Positions 8,101 to 17,978 are shown, counted from the first letter of the stretch. The stretch: DNA of 64,000 bases from Mycobacteriales bacterium (GCA_030447385.1 JAUJOY010000006.1:77405-141404), one strand, 5' to 3'. Numbers and translations: made by a program. Notes: a model not told the origin generated them from the sequence alone.

Positions 8101-9468
8101 GTGCTGCGCAACCGCTCCGGCCGCTCCGGCCGCCTCGCCCGGCTGCGCATCGAGAAGCCGCCGCAGCTCGTCGCCCTGGCATTCGCCGCCGCCGCCGGTC
8201 TCGTCACCCTGCTGCTGAGCCTTCCGGTGGCCAGCGAGGCCGGCACTGCCACGGCGTTCCTGCCGGCCCTGTTCACCGCCACCTCAGCCGTGTGCGTCAC
8301 CGGGCTCATCGTCGTGGACACACCGACCTACTTCTCCTCCTTCGGCGAGCTCGTCATCCTCGGGGCCATCCAGGTCGGCGGCATCGGCATCATGACGCTG
8401 TCCTCCCTGCTCGGGCTGCTGGTCTTCCGGCGGCTCGGCCTGCGCAGCCGCATGACGGCGGCCGTCGAGACGAAGGCGCTGGGGATCGGCGACGTGCGGC
8501 GCGTGCTGCGCTCGGTGGTCGGCTTCTCGCTGTTCTTCGAGAGCGTGGCGATGGTGGTCCTGACGCTGCGCTGGCTCACCGCGTACGACGAGCCGCTCGG
8601 CCGCGCCTTCTACCTCGGCCTCTTCCACGCCGTGTCCGCGTTCAACAACGCCGGCTTCGCGTTGTTCAGCGACAACATGATCAGCTTTCGGACGGACGCG
8701 GTGATCAGCCTGACCCTGTGCCTGGCGGTGATCGCGGGGGGGATCGGTTTCCCGGTCCTCTACGAGCTGCGCCGCGAGCTGCGCACGCCCCGGCTGTGGA
8801 CCGTGCACACCCGGATCACCGTCTGGACGACCGCCATCCTGCTCACCCTGGGGACCGCGACGGTCACGGCCATCGAGTGGAGCAACCCGGACACGCTCGG
8901 TAGCGCGGGGGTGGGCGGCAAGCTGCTGGCCGGCTTCTTCCTCGGGGTGATGCCGCGGACCGCCGGCTTCAACAACATCGACTACGCCGACGCCGACTCG
9001 GCCACGCTGCTCGTGACCGACATCCTCATGTTCATCGGCGGCGGGTCGGCGGGCACCGCCGGCGGCATCAAGGTCACCACGTTCGCCCTGCTCGCCTTTG
9101 TCATGTACGCGGAGGCGCGCGCGCAACCGGAGGTGCTCGTCGCCGGGCGCACCCTGCCGCGCCAGGTGCAGCGCCAGGCCGTGACGGTGGCGCTGCTCGG
9201 GGTGGGGCTCGTCGTCAGCGGCACGCTGGCGCTGCTGCTGCTGACCCCACTGCCGCTGGATGCCGTGCTGTTCGAGGTGACGTCCGCCTTCGCCACGGTG
9301 GGGCTGTCCACGGGGATCACTGCGACGCTGCCAGGGGCCGCCCAGCTGGTGCTGATCGCCCTGATGTTCCTCGGCCGCCTCGGGCCCATCACACTGGCCT
9401 CGGCGCTCGCCTTGCGCTCCCGCCCGATCCTGTACCGACTGCCTGAGGAGCGTCCCATTGTCGGCTGA
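8101..9468 (+). CDS. trkH: TrkH/KtrB potassium uptake membrane subunit
   Basis: ATSAVCVTGL, SAFNNAGF, PRTAGF, SAFATVGLSTG pore motifs. GTG at 8101 lies 7 nt after a TAGTCT -10-like hexamer. Confidence 0.92.
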   Translation: MLRNRSGRSGRLARLRIEKPPQLVALAFAAAAGLVTLLLSLPVASEAGTATAFLPALFTATSAVCVTGLIVVDTPTYFSSFGELVILGAIQVGGIGIMTLSSLLGLLVFRRLGLRSRMTAAVETKALGIGDVRRVLRSVVGFSLFFESVAMVVLTLRWLTAYDEPLGRAFYLGLFHAVSAFNNAGFALFSDNMISFRTDAVISLTLCLAVIAGGIGFPVLYELRRELRTPRLWTVHTRITVWTTAILLTLGTATVTAIEWSNPDTLGSAGVGGKLLAGFFLGVMPRTAGFNNIDYADADSATLLVTDILMFIGGGSAGTAGGIKVTTFALLAFVMYAEARAQPEVLVAGRTLPRQVQRQAVTVALLGVGLVVSGTLALLLLTPLPLDAVLFEVTSAFATVGLSTGITATLPGAAQLVLIALMFLGRLGPITLASALALRSRPILYRLPEERPIVG

Positions 9469-9476
9469 GGCCCGAA

Positions 9477-10145
9477 GTGGCTAAGACCAAGCCGGTCGAT
9501 CCCGTCCTCGTCATCGGGCTGGGCCGGTTCGGCAGCGCGGTGGCGGAGTCACTCGTCGACCTCGGGCACGAGGTGCTCGGCGTCGACCGCGACGACGCGC
9601 TCGTGCAGGAGTGGTCGGGCAAGCTGACCTCCGTGGTCCAGGCCGACACCACCTCGGAGGAGGCGATGCGGCAGATCGGGGCGGCGGACTTCCCGCGAGC
9701 CGTCGTGTGCATCGGTGGCGCGGTGGAGAGCAGCATCCTGTCGGTCGGCGTCCTGGTCGACCTCGAGATCCCTGTGATCTGGGCGAAGGCGCTGACCACC
9801 GCGCACGGGCGCATCCTGGAGCGGGTTGGCGCGCACAAGGTCGTCTACCCCGAGCACGACATGGGGGAGCGGGTGGCGCACATGGTGACCGGGCGGATGC
9901 TGGAGTTCTTCGCCCTCGACGACGACAACTTCGCCCTGGTCGAGACCGAGCCTCCGGGCCAGCTCGTCGGCAAGAAGCTCGGCGCCTCGAACATCCGCCG
10001 TGACCACGGGGTCACGGTGGTGTGCCTCAAGCCGGAGGGTCAGCCGTTCGGCTATGCGACAGCGGAGACGGTCATCACCCCGAAGTCACGACTGATCGTC
10101 GCGGGGGAGACCGAGCTGGTCGAGCGCTTCGCCAACCTCGTCTGA
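9477..10145 (+). CDS. trkA: TrkA/KtrA RCK-domain potassium uptake subunit
   Basis: VIGLGRFG Rossmann motif; VVYPEHDMGERVAH. Confidence 0.92.
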   Translation: MAKTKPVDPVLVIGLGRFGSAVAESLVDLGHEVLGVDRDDALVQEWSGKLTSVVQADTTSEEAMRQIGAADFPRAVVCIGGAVESSILSVGVLVDLEIPVIWAKALTTAHGRILERVGAHKVVYPEHDMGERVAHMVTGRMLEFFALDDDNFALVETEPPGQLVGKKLGASNIRRDHGVTVVCLKPEGQPFGYATAETVITPKSRLIVAGETELVERFANLV

Positions 10146-11227
10146 TGGCGCTCAGCAACCGCGTACCCGGCCCGTCGCGCACGCCTGGTGCGTCCCGCTC
10201 CGCCGGACGGGCGACTGCTGCCGTCGTCCTGCCACACAGGACCCTCGGCCCGGTCAAGGCGGTATTCCGCCGCATCGTCATCGCCATCGCGACGTTGACC
10301 GGCGTCGCCCTCATCGTCTGGCTCGACCGCGACGGCTACACCGACACCTCGGACCGCAGCGTGGACCTGCTCGACGCCTTCTACTACGCGACGGTCAGCC
10401 TCTCCACGACCGGCTACGGCGACATCACCCCCGTCAGTGACCAGGCCCGGCTGGTCAACCTGTTCGTGATCACCCCCCTGCGCCTGCTGTTCCTCATCAT
10501 CCTCGTCGGCACCACCCTCGAGGTGCTCACCGAACGCACCCGTGATCAGATCCGGCAGAACCGTTGGAGGGCCTCCTTGCGCCAGCACACCGTGGTCGTC
10601 GGCTACGGCACCAAGGGACGCAGCGCCGTGCGCGCGCTGCTCGACGACGGCGTCGACAAGGACCGCATCGTGGCCGTGGACAACGACCCCGAGCACATCG
10701 CCGACGCGACCGACGACGGCATCGTCGCCATCGTGGGCGACGGCACGCGTGCCGACGTCCTGCACCGCGCCGACATCGAGCACGCGAAGCGCGTGATCGT
10801 CGCCGTGCCCCGCGACGACGCCGCCGTCCTCGTGACCCTCACCGTGCGCAGGTACAACTCCGCGGCTTACGTTGTTGCCGCGGTGCGCGAGAGCGAGAAC
10901 GCGCTGCTGCTGCGCGAGGGCGGAGCGGACGGGGTCGTCGTCTCGTCCGAGGCCGCCGGACGCCTTCTCGGTGTCGCCGCCACCAGCCCGTCCACCGGTG
11001 CCATCTTCGAGGACCTGCTGGTGCCGGGCTCGGGCCTGGAGCTGGCCGAGCGGGAGGTGACCCGTGAGGAGGTCGGTCTCGCTCCACGAGCGTGCCAGGA
11101 CCTCGTGGTGGCCGTGCTCCGGGACGACGAGAAGACCATGTTCACGGAGGACACCAGCCTGAAGCTGCGCAAGACCGATCGCATCGTCGTGATCCGCAAG
11201 GCCCTGGAGCGGATCCCGCACTCCTGA
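10145..11227 (+). CDS. Potassium channel protein with TrkA-N (RCK) domain
   Basis: STTGYGDI selectivity filter; VVGYGTKG RCK motif; TGATG overlap with trkA. Confidence 0.9.
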   Translation: MALSNRVPGPSRTPGASRSAGRATAAVVLPHRTLGPVKAVFRRIVIAIATLTGVALIVWLDRDGYTDTSDRSVDLLDAFYYATVSLSTTGYGDITPVSDQARLVNLFVITPLRLLFLIILVGTTLEVLTERTRDQIRQNRWRASLRQHTVVVGYGTKGRSAVRALLDDGVDKDRIVAVDNDPEHIADATDDGIVAIVGDGTRADVLHRADIEHAKRVIVAVPRDDAAVLVTLTVRRYNSAAYVVAAVRESENALLLREGGADGVVVSSEAAGRLLGVAATSPSTGAIFEDLLVPGSGLELAEREVTREEVGLAPRACQDLVVAVLRDDEKTMFTEDTSLKLRKTDRIVVIRKALERIPHS

Positions 11228-11239
11228 CACAGGGACGGA

Positions 11240-11272
11240 GGGTGTCTTGACACCCGACCGTTTGCTGTCAAG
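11240..11272 (+). promoter_or_regulatory. Promoter/operator of the tetR gene
   Basis: Palindrome GGGTGTC-TT-GACACCC (11240-11255) and CTTGACA-N13-TGTCAAG (11246-11272) overlap a TTGACA -35 hexamer. Confidence 0.6.
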
Positions 11273-11280
11273 GTAGCCGG

Positions 11281-11859
11281 GTGGCCACGACCCGGGACCT
11301 GCTGCTCGACGCAGCCGCCGAGGCTGTGCTGTCAGGAGCCGCCTGGACCAAGCTCCGGATGGCCGACGTGGCCCGGGACGCCGGTGTGAGCCGGCAGACC
11401 CTCTACTACGAGTTCGGCAGCCGCGACGCCCTCGGCGAGGCGCTCGCGCTGCGCGAGGCCGAGCGCTACATGGCCGGTGCCGATGCCGCCATGGTCGGCC
11501 ACGAGGCCAGCCCGGGGGAGGCTATGGGTGCCGCCACGGCCTACACCCTGTCCGCCGCGGGGAGCAACCCGCTGCTGAAGGCGGTGCTCACGGACGACTC
11601 CGGCAGCCTGCTGCCCTTCCTGACCACCCGCTCGGAGCGGCTGCTGGCAGCGGCGCGGGAGCACTGCGCGTCCTACCTGTGCAACCACTGGCCCGACCTG
11701 GCGTACGAGCAGGTGCTGTTCGTCGTCGACACCGTCAACCGCTTGACCCTGTCCCACCTGATCCTGCCGGGTGCGCGTCCGGACCAGGTGGGCGCCGACA
11801 TCGCCCTGCTCGTCGACAGCCTGCTGAGCTCCCGCTCGGCCCCGAAGGAGAACCCATGA
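11281..11859 (+). CDS. TetR/AcrR family transcriptional regulator
   Basis: MADVARDAGVSRQTLYYEFGSRDAL HTH. Confidence 0.9.
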   Translation: MATTRDLLLDAAAEAVLSGAAWTKLRMADVARDAGVSRQTLYYEFGSRDALGEALALREAERYMAGADAAMVGHEASPGEAMGAATAYTLSAAGSNPLLKAVLTDDSGSLLPFLTTRSERLLAAAREHCASYLCNHWPDLAYEQVLFVVDTVNRLTLSHLILPGARPDQVGADIALLVDSLLSSRSAPKENP

Positions 11860-12962
11860 GCACGCACGAGCTCTACACGATCCCGGTCGAGCACCGCACC
11901 TGGGACGTCGGGATGCAGGGCGCTGCCCGCTTCACCTGGGAGTACGACGACGGCCGCGACCGGCTGCTCTCGCTCTACCAGAAGGGCAAGGACAAGCAGT
12001 GGGACGCCACGACCCGCATCGACTGGTCGGTGGAGGTGGACCCGCACAACGCGCTCGGCCTGCCCGTCGAGGTCATCCCGATCTACGGCACCTCGCAGTG
12101 GGACAGGATCGCGGGTGACCAGAAGGCCATCGACGAGCTGACGCTGCACATGACGGCCTGGCAGTTCAGCCAGTTCCTGCACGGCGAGCAGGGCGCGATG
12201 ATCTGCTCCTCGCGCATCGTGGAGTCCGTGCCCGATCTGGACTCGAAGTTCTACGCCGCCACGCAGACCATGGACGAGGCCCGCCACGCCGAGACCTACG
12301 CCCGCTTCCTGCAGGAGAAGATCGGTCTGGTCTACCCGATCAACCCCTACCTGAAGTCGCTGCTCGACGACACCCTCACCGACAGCCGCTGGGACATGCC
12401 CTACCTCGGCATGCAGGTGCTCATCGAAGGCCTGGCGCTCGCGGCGTTCGGGCTGCTGCGCGACCTGACGAGCTCGACCCTGCCCAAGCAGATCCTGGCG
12501 TACGTCATGCAGGACGAGGCGCGGCACGTCGCCTTCGGGCGGATGGCGCTCAAGGACTACTACGCGCAGCTCACGTCCGCGGAGCGGGCCGAGCGCGAGG
12601 ACTTCGTCGTCGAGGGTTGCTACCTCATGCGCGACCGGTTCCAGATGGAGGAGGTCTGGCAGAACCTCGGCTTCGACGTGGCCGCCTGTGCGGAGGCCGT
12701 GGAGCAGTCCGAGATGTTCCGGGCCTACCAGAGCCTGCTGTTCAGCCGGATCGTGCCGTGCGTCAAGGACATCGGACTGTGGGGCGAGAAGGTGCAGAAG
12801 GCCTACGCCGACATGGGAGTCCTGGACATGGCGGGCATCGACCTCAGCGCCCTCATGAGGGCCGACGAGGACGTCGCGGAGCAGATCGACGCCGAGAAGG
12901 CCGAGATCGCGGCGTCCGCGGTCGCGGTGTCGGAGACCATCGCCGTGGGCGCCGATCACTGA
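11856..12962 (+). CDS. Ferritin-like diiron protein (AurF/diiron oxygenase-like)
   Basis: Two DEARH motifs plus GEQGA and IEGLA; ATGA overlap with tetR. Confidence 0.8.
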   Translation: MSTHELYTIPVEHRTWDVGMQGAARFTWEYDDGRDRLLSLYQKGKDKQWDATTRIDWSVEVDPHNALGLPVEVIPIYGTSQWDRIAGDQKAIDELTLHMTAWQFSQFLHGEQGAMICSSRIVESVPDLDSKFYAATQTMDEARHAETYARFLQEKIGLVYPINPYLKSLLDDTLTDSRWDMPYLGMQVLIEGLALAAFGLLRDLTSSTLPKQILAYVMQDEARHVAFGRMALKDYYAQLTSAERAEREDFVVEGCYLMRDRFQMEEVWQNLGFDVAACAEAVEQSEMFRAYQSLLFSRIVPCVKDIGLWGEKVQKAYADMGVLDMAGIDLSALMRADEDVAEQIDAEKAEIAASAVAVSETIAVGADH

Positions 12963-13279
12963 CGGTGAGCAGGCTGCGACACTGCTTCGCGGCCAAAACG
13001 GCTGCAACTGAGGCAGACCGCCGGTCAAGTGCAGCCGATCGGGTGATGATCCGGGGCGCGGTATAGGTCACTGTCTGTGTTGTACGGCAACACCCTGCCG
13101 GGTCGATCGGGCGAGAGCCCGAAGGACCGGCGGGAAGCGATGATCCGAGCGGTCCTCACCGACACCCCGTCAGGGTGCACGGAGACATGCGGTCGCCTAG
13201 ACCGCTCGGGGAGCCAGAGGCGAGACCGTCCCGTCGACGTCAGCCGCGCCCTCCACGGGCCTCCTGAAACGGGTACGAC

Positions 13280-14317
13280 ATGAGCGCTCCCTCTTCCCCT
13301 CGCCCGCTGTCCTGGACCGCTCGGGTCGCCGTCTGCCTGCCGCTGATGGCGCTGGCTCTTGTCGTCGGACCTGCGGAAGCCTCGCAGCCGGCCGACGGCA
13401 CGGCCGGCAACGCCGCAGGTCGGTCGCCCGCCGGGCAGTCCCCTGACGACGGCAACCGCGGGCGCGACTGCGACGCCAACCCCGGTGCCGGCGACGGCAA
13501 CCCGGCGTTCGGCGCCTGCACTCCGGCGCCGGACGGCGACGGGAGCGACGACGTCGGCTCCGGGAAGGACGTCGTTCTCGACCTGGATGAGGGTGGCGAC
13601 GAGGACGCGGACGTGGTCGGCGGGGGAACAGTCGGTGACGACCCGGCGGGCGGCACGGAGGACACGGGGATCGAAGGGGCGGGTGTCGGAGGCACCGGCA
13701 CCGAGAGCACCGGCACCGAGGGCACCGGCACCGAGGGAACCGGCGGCGGCACCGGCGAGACCGGCGGCGGGGAGACCGGCACCGGGGAGACCGGAGGCGG
13801 CGCCACCGGCACCGGTCCGGGCCAGGACATCGTCACCGGCGGCACGCCCAGCGACGTCGTGACCAGCGGCAGCGGCCCGGACGAGGTCGGCATCAGCTGG
13901 ATCGTCATCAGCCGGCCGATCGTGGAGATCGTGGCTACGGGGAACGAGCTCCCGATGAGCAACCCGGTCGCCGAGTCGGGCGTGACCGCAGCGGTTCTCG
14001 AGCGACCGGCCACCCCCCCGGTTCTCGAGCGACCGGCCACCCCCCCGGTTCTCGAGCGGCCGGCCACCACCCCGGTGCAGCCCGTCGTGCAGGCTCCGGG
14101 AACCGAGCGGGCACTTCCCGCACCGCTTCCCGCCGGCTCCTCGACCCAGCTCGGCTCCGCGCCCGGCTCCCGCGCGCAGAGCAGCACGCCCACCGCGGCG
14201 GTCCCGGCTGCCCTCCCCTTCACGGGCTTCGGCACCGGCTCGGTGGTCCTACTGGGCAGTGGGCTCGCCCTGATCGGCCTGGTGCTCACGCTGGCGGGCC
14301 GCACGCGTACGCACTAG
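13280..14317 (+). CDS. Secreted low-complexity surface protein with LPFTG sorting signal
   Basis: N-terminal signal peptide (AEA), Gly/Thr-rich repeats, and C-terminal LPFTG plus hydrophobic helix plus RTRTH tail. Confidence 0.75.
   Translation: MSAPSSPRPLSWTARVAVCLPLMALALVVGPAEASQPADGTAGNAAGRSPAGQSPDDGNRGRDCDANPGAGDGNPAFGACTPAPDGDGSDDVGSGKDVVLDLDEGGDEDADVVGGGTVGDDPAGGTEDTGIEGAGVGGTGTESTGTEGTGTEGTGGGTGETGGGETGTGETGGGATGTGPGQDIVTGGTPSDVVTSGSGPDEVGISWIVISRPIVEIVATGNELPMSNPVAESGVTAAVLERPATPPVLERPATPPVLERPATTPVQPVVQAPGTERALPAPLPAGSSTQLGSAPGSRAQSSTPTAAVPAALPFTGFGTGSVVLLGSGLALIGLVLTLAGRTRTH
13994..14074 (+). repeat. Three tandem 27-bp repeats (VLERPATPP)
   Basis: GTTCTCGAGCGACCGGCCACCCCCCCG starts at 13994 and 14021; a near copy starts at 14048. 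Confidence 0.9.
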
Positions 14318-14392
14318 CCCGCCGCCCGTCCGGAGGCCGCCGGTCCGCATGTGCGGGCAGGCGGCCTCTGGCGTGCGGAACCCGCGACCGCG

Positions 14393-15388
14393 TCAGGGTG
14401 GCGAGGCGTCCTCGAGCGCCGCCAGCAGCCGGCGCAGCGAGTCGAGACGGGCGGGCGTGGCGCGGCCTCTCGCCGCCCAGTCCGCCAGTGTGCAGCCGAC
14501 CGTACCGGCGAGGTGGTCGCAGCCCGGCGGGCAGTAGGCCGCTCCCTCGGCCAGATCCGGGAACGCGGCGAGCACCCGTGCCGCGGTGACCGCGCCGAGG
14601 CCGAAGGACCGCACCCCAGGGGTGTCGACCACCGTGCCACCGCCGGGCAGCGGGAGCGCCACGGCGGAGGACGAGGTGTGCCGGCCCTTGCCGACACCGG
14701 TGACCTCGCCGACAGCCCGCATCGCGTCCGGCACCAGCAGGTTGACCAGGGTCGACTTGCCCACGCCGGACTGCCCGAACAGGACGCTGACCCGCCCGCT
14801 CAGCCGGGCGCGCAGCTCGGCCACACCCGGGTCCTCGGCGCCCGGGCCGGTCACGACGGAGTCGACCCCGAGCGGTGCGTACAGCGCGAGGAGCTCGGCC
14901 GGATCGGCCAGGTCCCGTTTGGTGAGGCACAGCAGCGGCGCCAGGCCGCCGTCGTAGGCGGCGACGAGGCAGCGGTCGACCAGGCGCGGCCGCGGGACGG
15001 GGTCGGCCAGCGCGGTGACGACGACGAGCACCTCGGCGTTGGCGACGACCGCGCGCTCCACCGGGTCGCTGTCGTCGGGCGTGCGCCGCAGCAGGGACGT
15101 ACGCGGCTCCAGCCGCACGATCCGGGCGAGCGCGTCCGGCCCGCCGGTGCGGTCACCGACGAGAGCAACCCGGTCACCGACCACCACCCCGCGCCGACCG
15201 AGCTCGCGAGCCCGCACCGCGGTGATCAGCAGCCCGTCAGCCGTCCGCAGCCGGAACCGGCCCCGGTCGACGGCCAGCACGTCGGCGGGCGTGGCGTCCT
15301 CGTGGGCAGGCCGGGTGCGCGTACGCGGCCGCGACCCCCGTCCGGGCCGCACCCGGACGTCGTCCTCGTCGAGCTCGCGCGGGCTCAC
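14393..15388 (-). CDS. rsgA: Ribosome small subunit-dependent GTPase RsgA
   Basis: Circularly permuted GTPase: TKRD, GQSGVGKST, GRHT, DTPG; terminal CPPGCDH. Confidence 0.93.
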   Translation of the reverse strand: MSPRELDEDDVRVRPGRGSRPRTRTRPAHEDATPADVLAVDRGRFRLRTADGLLITAVRARELGRRGVVVGDRVALVGDRTGGPDALARIVRLEPRTSLLRRTPDDSDPVERAVVANAEVLVVVTALADPVPRPRLVDRCLVAAYDGGLAPLLCLTKRDLADPAELLALYAPLGVDSVVTGPGAEDPGVAELRARLSGRVSVLFGQSGVGKSTLVNLLVPDAMRAVGEVTGVGKGRHTSSSAVALPLPGGGTVVDTPGVRSFGLGAVTAARVLAAFPDLAEGAAYCPPGCDHLAGTVGCTLADWAARGRATPARLDSLRRLLAALEDASPP

Positions 15389-15430
15389 CGGCCGGCGCTG
15401 CGAACGACGAGGCTGCTCACACCCGGCTGC

Positions 15431-16735
15431 TCACACCGGGGACGCCGTCCGGTGCCCGAGCATCCGGGTCCACGAGCCGACGAAGTCGGGGACGGTCTTG
15501 CGGGTGGTCGCGACGTCCCTGATCGCGATGCCGTCGACGGCGAGGCCGAGCACGGCCCACGCCATGGCGATCCGGTGGTCGTCGTAGCTGTCCAGCGTCG
15601 CGCCGGTGAGGCGGCGGGGGGTGATCGTCAGCCCGTCGGGGGTCTCGACGACGTGGCCGCCGAGCCGCTGCAGCCCGGTCGCGAGCGCGGCGATGCGGTC
15701 GGTCTCCTGCAGCCGGATGTGGGCGACGCCGAAGAAGCGGCTCGGCGAGTCGGCGAGCGCGGCGAGCGCGGCGAGCACCGGGGTCAGCTCGGGGGCGTGG
15801 CGCAGGTCGGCCTCGATCCCGTGCAGGCCGTCGCCCCCGGCCACGCGTACGGCGTCGTCGGTACGCGTGACCCGCGCTCCCATCGCCTCCAGGAGGTCCG
15901 GGAGGACCGCTCCCGGCTGGACGGTGTCCCGCGGCCATCCGGGCACGGTGACCGAGCCGCCGGCCACGAGCGGCGCGGCGAGGTAGGCGGCTGCCGTCGA
16001 CAGGTCGGGTTCGACGGTGACGTCGCCGGGCCGCAGCGCCCCCGGCTCGACGCGCCACAGCCCGCAGGTGCTGTCGTCCACGGTGGCGCCGGCCCGGCGC
16101 AGCGCCGTCACCGTCATGGCGATGTGGGGGGCGCTGGGCAGCGGGCCGCCCTCGTGGCGGACGGTGACGCCGCGGTCGAAGCGCGGCGCCGACAGCAGGA
16201 GCCCGCTGATCAGCTGGGAGGACTGCGAGGCGTCCAGCGTGACGCTGCCGCCGCGCAGGCTGCCCCGCCCCCGCACCACGAGCGGCAGCGCGGCGACCCC
16301 GTCGAGGTCAGCGCCGAGCTGCCGCAGAGCGACCAGCAGCGGGCCAAGCGGGCGCTTCCGCACCCGTGCGTCGCCGTCGAAGCGGACCTCACCGGTGGCC
16401 AGGGCCGCCACGGGCGGCAGGAAGCGGGCGACGGTGCCGGCGTTTCCCACGTCGATGTCCCGGGCGAGGGGCCGCAGCGCACTCCCTCCGCCCTCCACGA
16501 CCCAGTCGCCCTCGGGCGAGTCGGTGACCGGCACACCCAGCGCACGCAGCCCCGCGGCCATGAGCTCGGTGTCCCGGCTGCGCAGCGGGCGGCGCAGCAC
16601 GCCGGTCCCCTCCGCGAGCGCCGCGAGGACCAGCGCCCGGTTCGTGACCGACTTCGAGCCCGGCAGGACGACCGTGGCTCCAAGCGGTGCGTCCGCTCGC
16701 GGAGCCGGCCACGGGTCCGGAGCGGGAGTCTGCAC
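15431..16735 (-). CDS. aroA: 3-phosphoshikimate 1-carboxyvinyltransferase (EPSP synthase)
   Basis: LPGSKS, GNAGT, SSQ, RLQETDRI, DDHRIAMA, KTVPDF. Confidence 0.96.
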   Translation of the reverse strand: MQTPAPDPWPAPRADAPLGATVVLPGSKSVTNRALVLAALAEGTGVLRRPLRSRDTELMAAGLRALGVPVTDSPEGDWVVEGGGSALRPLARDIDVGNAGTVARFLPPVAALATGEVRFDGDARVRKRPLGPLLVALRQLGADLDGVAALPLVVRGRGSLRGGSVTLDASQSSQLISGLLLSAPRFDRGVTVRHEGGPLPSAPHIAMTVTALRRAGATVDDSTCGLWRVEPGALRPGDVTVEPDLSTAAAYLAAPLVAGGSVTVPGWPRDTVQPGAVLPDLLEAMGARVTRTDDAVRVAGGDGLHGIEADLRHAPELTPVLAALAALADSPSRFFGVAHIRLQETDRIAALATGLQRLGGHVVETPDGLTITPRRLTGATLDSYDDHRIAMAWAVLGLAVDGIAIRDVATTRKTVPDFVGSWTRMLGHRTASPV

Positions 16736-16788
16736 GCCGGCAAGTCAAGCACTGGCCCGGACCGCCGCCGCCGTGTCTCAATGGGTCC

Positions 16789-17499
16789 ATGTGCGGCCGG
16801 TACGCCTCCAGCAGAGGGGCGCACGACCTCGCGGCGCACTTCGACGTGGCGGAGCCACCGGCGCAGGAGCTGCCGCCCTCGTACAACGTCGCTCCCACCG
16901 ATCCGGTCCACGGGGTCGTCCAGCGCGCTTCGGTGCGCCGCCTGGTCGTCCTGCGCTGGGGGCTCGTCCCGTCCTGGGCGCCGGACACCAGGGGGGCGGC
17001 CCGGCTGATCAACGCCCGCCGGGAGACGGCGCGCGACAAGCCGGCGTTCCGGGCGGCGTTCGCGCGCCGCCGCTGCCTGCTTCCCGCCGACGGCTACTAC
17101 GAGTGGCAGCGGGACGGTACGCGCAAGCAGCCCTACTACCTGACCTCCCGCGACGGCGCCCCCCTCGCGATGGCCGGGCTGTTCGAGGTGTGGGCCCCGC
17201 CAGGGGGCGAGCGGCTGTGGACATGCACGATCCTGACCACCGAGGCGGCCGACGAGCTCGGCCACATCCACGACCGCACCCCGCTCCTGGTCCGCCCGCA
17301 GGACTGGGCGCGCTGGCTGGACCCGGCCGTGGAGGATCCGGGCGATGACCTCCTCGTGCCGGGGGTGCCGGGGACGCTGGACGCCTGGCCGGTGTCGGCG
17401 GCCGTGGGCAACGTGCGCAACAACGGCCCCCAGCTCGTGGAGCCGCTGGTCCCGGCCCCGCCGTTCCCGGCCCCGCAGCTCCCGGCGCCGCTGTTCTGA
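16789..17499 (+). CDS. SOS response-associated peptidase (SRAP/HMCES family)
   Basis: MCGRY N-terminus, LINARRET, ADGYYEW, IHDRTP. Confidence 0.93.
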   Translation: MCGRYASSRGAHDLAAHFDVAEPPAQELPPSYNVAPTDPVHGVVQRASVRRLVVLRWGLVPSWAPDTRGAARLINARRETARDKPAFRAAFARRRCLLPADGYYEWQRDGTRKQPYYLTSRDGAPLAMAGLFEVWAPPGGERLWTCTILTTEAADELGHIHDRTPLLVRPQDWARWLDPAVEDPGDDLLVPGVPGTLDAWPVSAAVGNVRNNGPQLVEPLVPAPPFPAPQLPAPLF

Positions 17500-17594
17500 A
17501 CCCCGGTGCGGTGACCCCGCTCCCCCGCGGTCTCCTGCCGTGCCGGAGGGTAGGGGCCAGCGCACCGACTTCTTCCTGAGAGGACGCCCCACCC

Positions 17595-17948
17595 GTGGAC
17601 ACCGAGGACGCCCGTCAGCAGCTCGAGCAGATGCTCCGCGAGATCGAGAGCGCGGCCGCCATTCTCGAGGCGGAGGGGGCGGGGGAGAGCAGCGAGCTCA
17701 GCCACGTCGACCAGCACCCGGCCGACACCGCCGGTGAGCTGACCGACGCTGACCACCAGAACGCCCTGCTGGACAACGCGGCGGAGCACCGCGAGCAGAT
17801 CCTCGCCGCACTCGCCCGGATCGACCAGGGCACCTACGGCGTGTGCGTCGACTGCGGTCAGCCGATCCCGCAGGCCCGGCTGGAGGTCCGCCCCGAGGCG
17901 ACGCGGTGCCTCGCGGACCAGGAGAAGGCTGAGGCCGCAGCCGGCTGA
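17595..17948 (+). CDS. TraR/DksA family zinc-finger protein
   Basis: Coiled coil, then YGVCVDCGQPIPQARLEVRPEATRC. Confidence 0.85.
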   Translation: MDTEDARQQLEQMLREIESAAAILEAEGAGESSELSHVDQHPADTAGELTDADHQNALLDNAAEHREQILAALARIDQGTYGVCVDCGQPIPQARLEVRPEATRCLADQEKAEAAAG

Positions 17949-17978
17949 CCTCCGGCCTGCACGAGTGCCAGCAGCAGC

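Noticed and set aside
13077-13260. c-di-AMP, SAM or cobalamin riboswitch call
   Set aside because: The conserved cores I recall (for example GAAUCC/CCCGAACCCG for c-di-AMP) are absent; kept only as an unassigned structured RNA.
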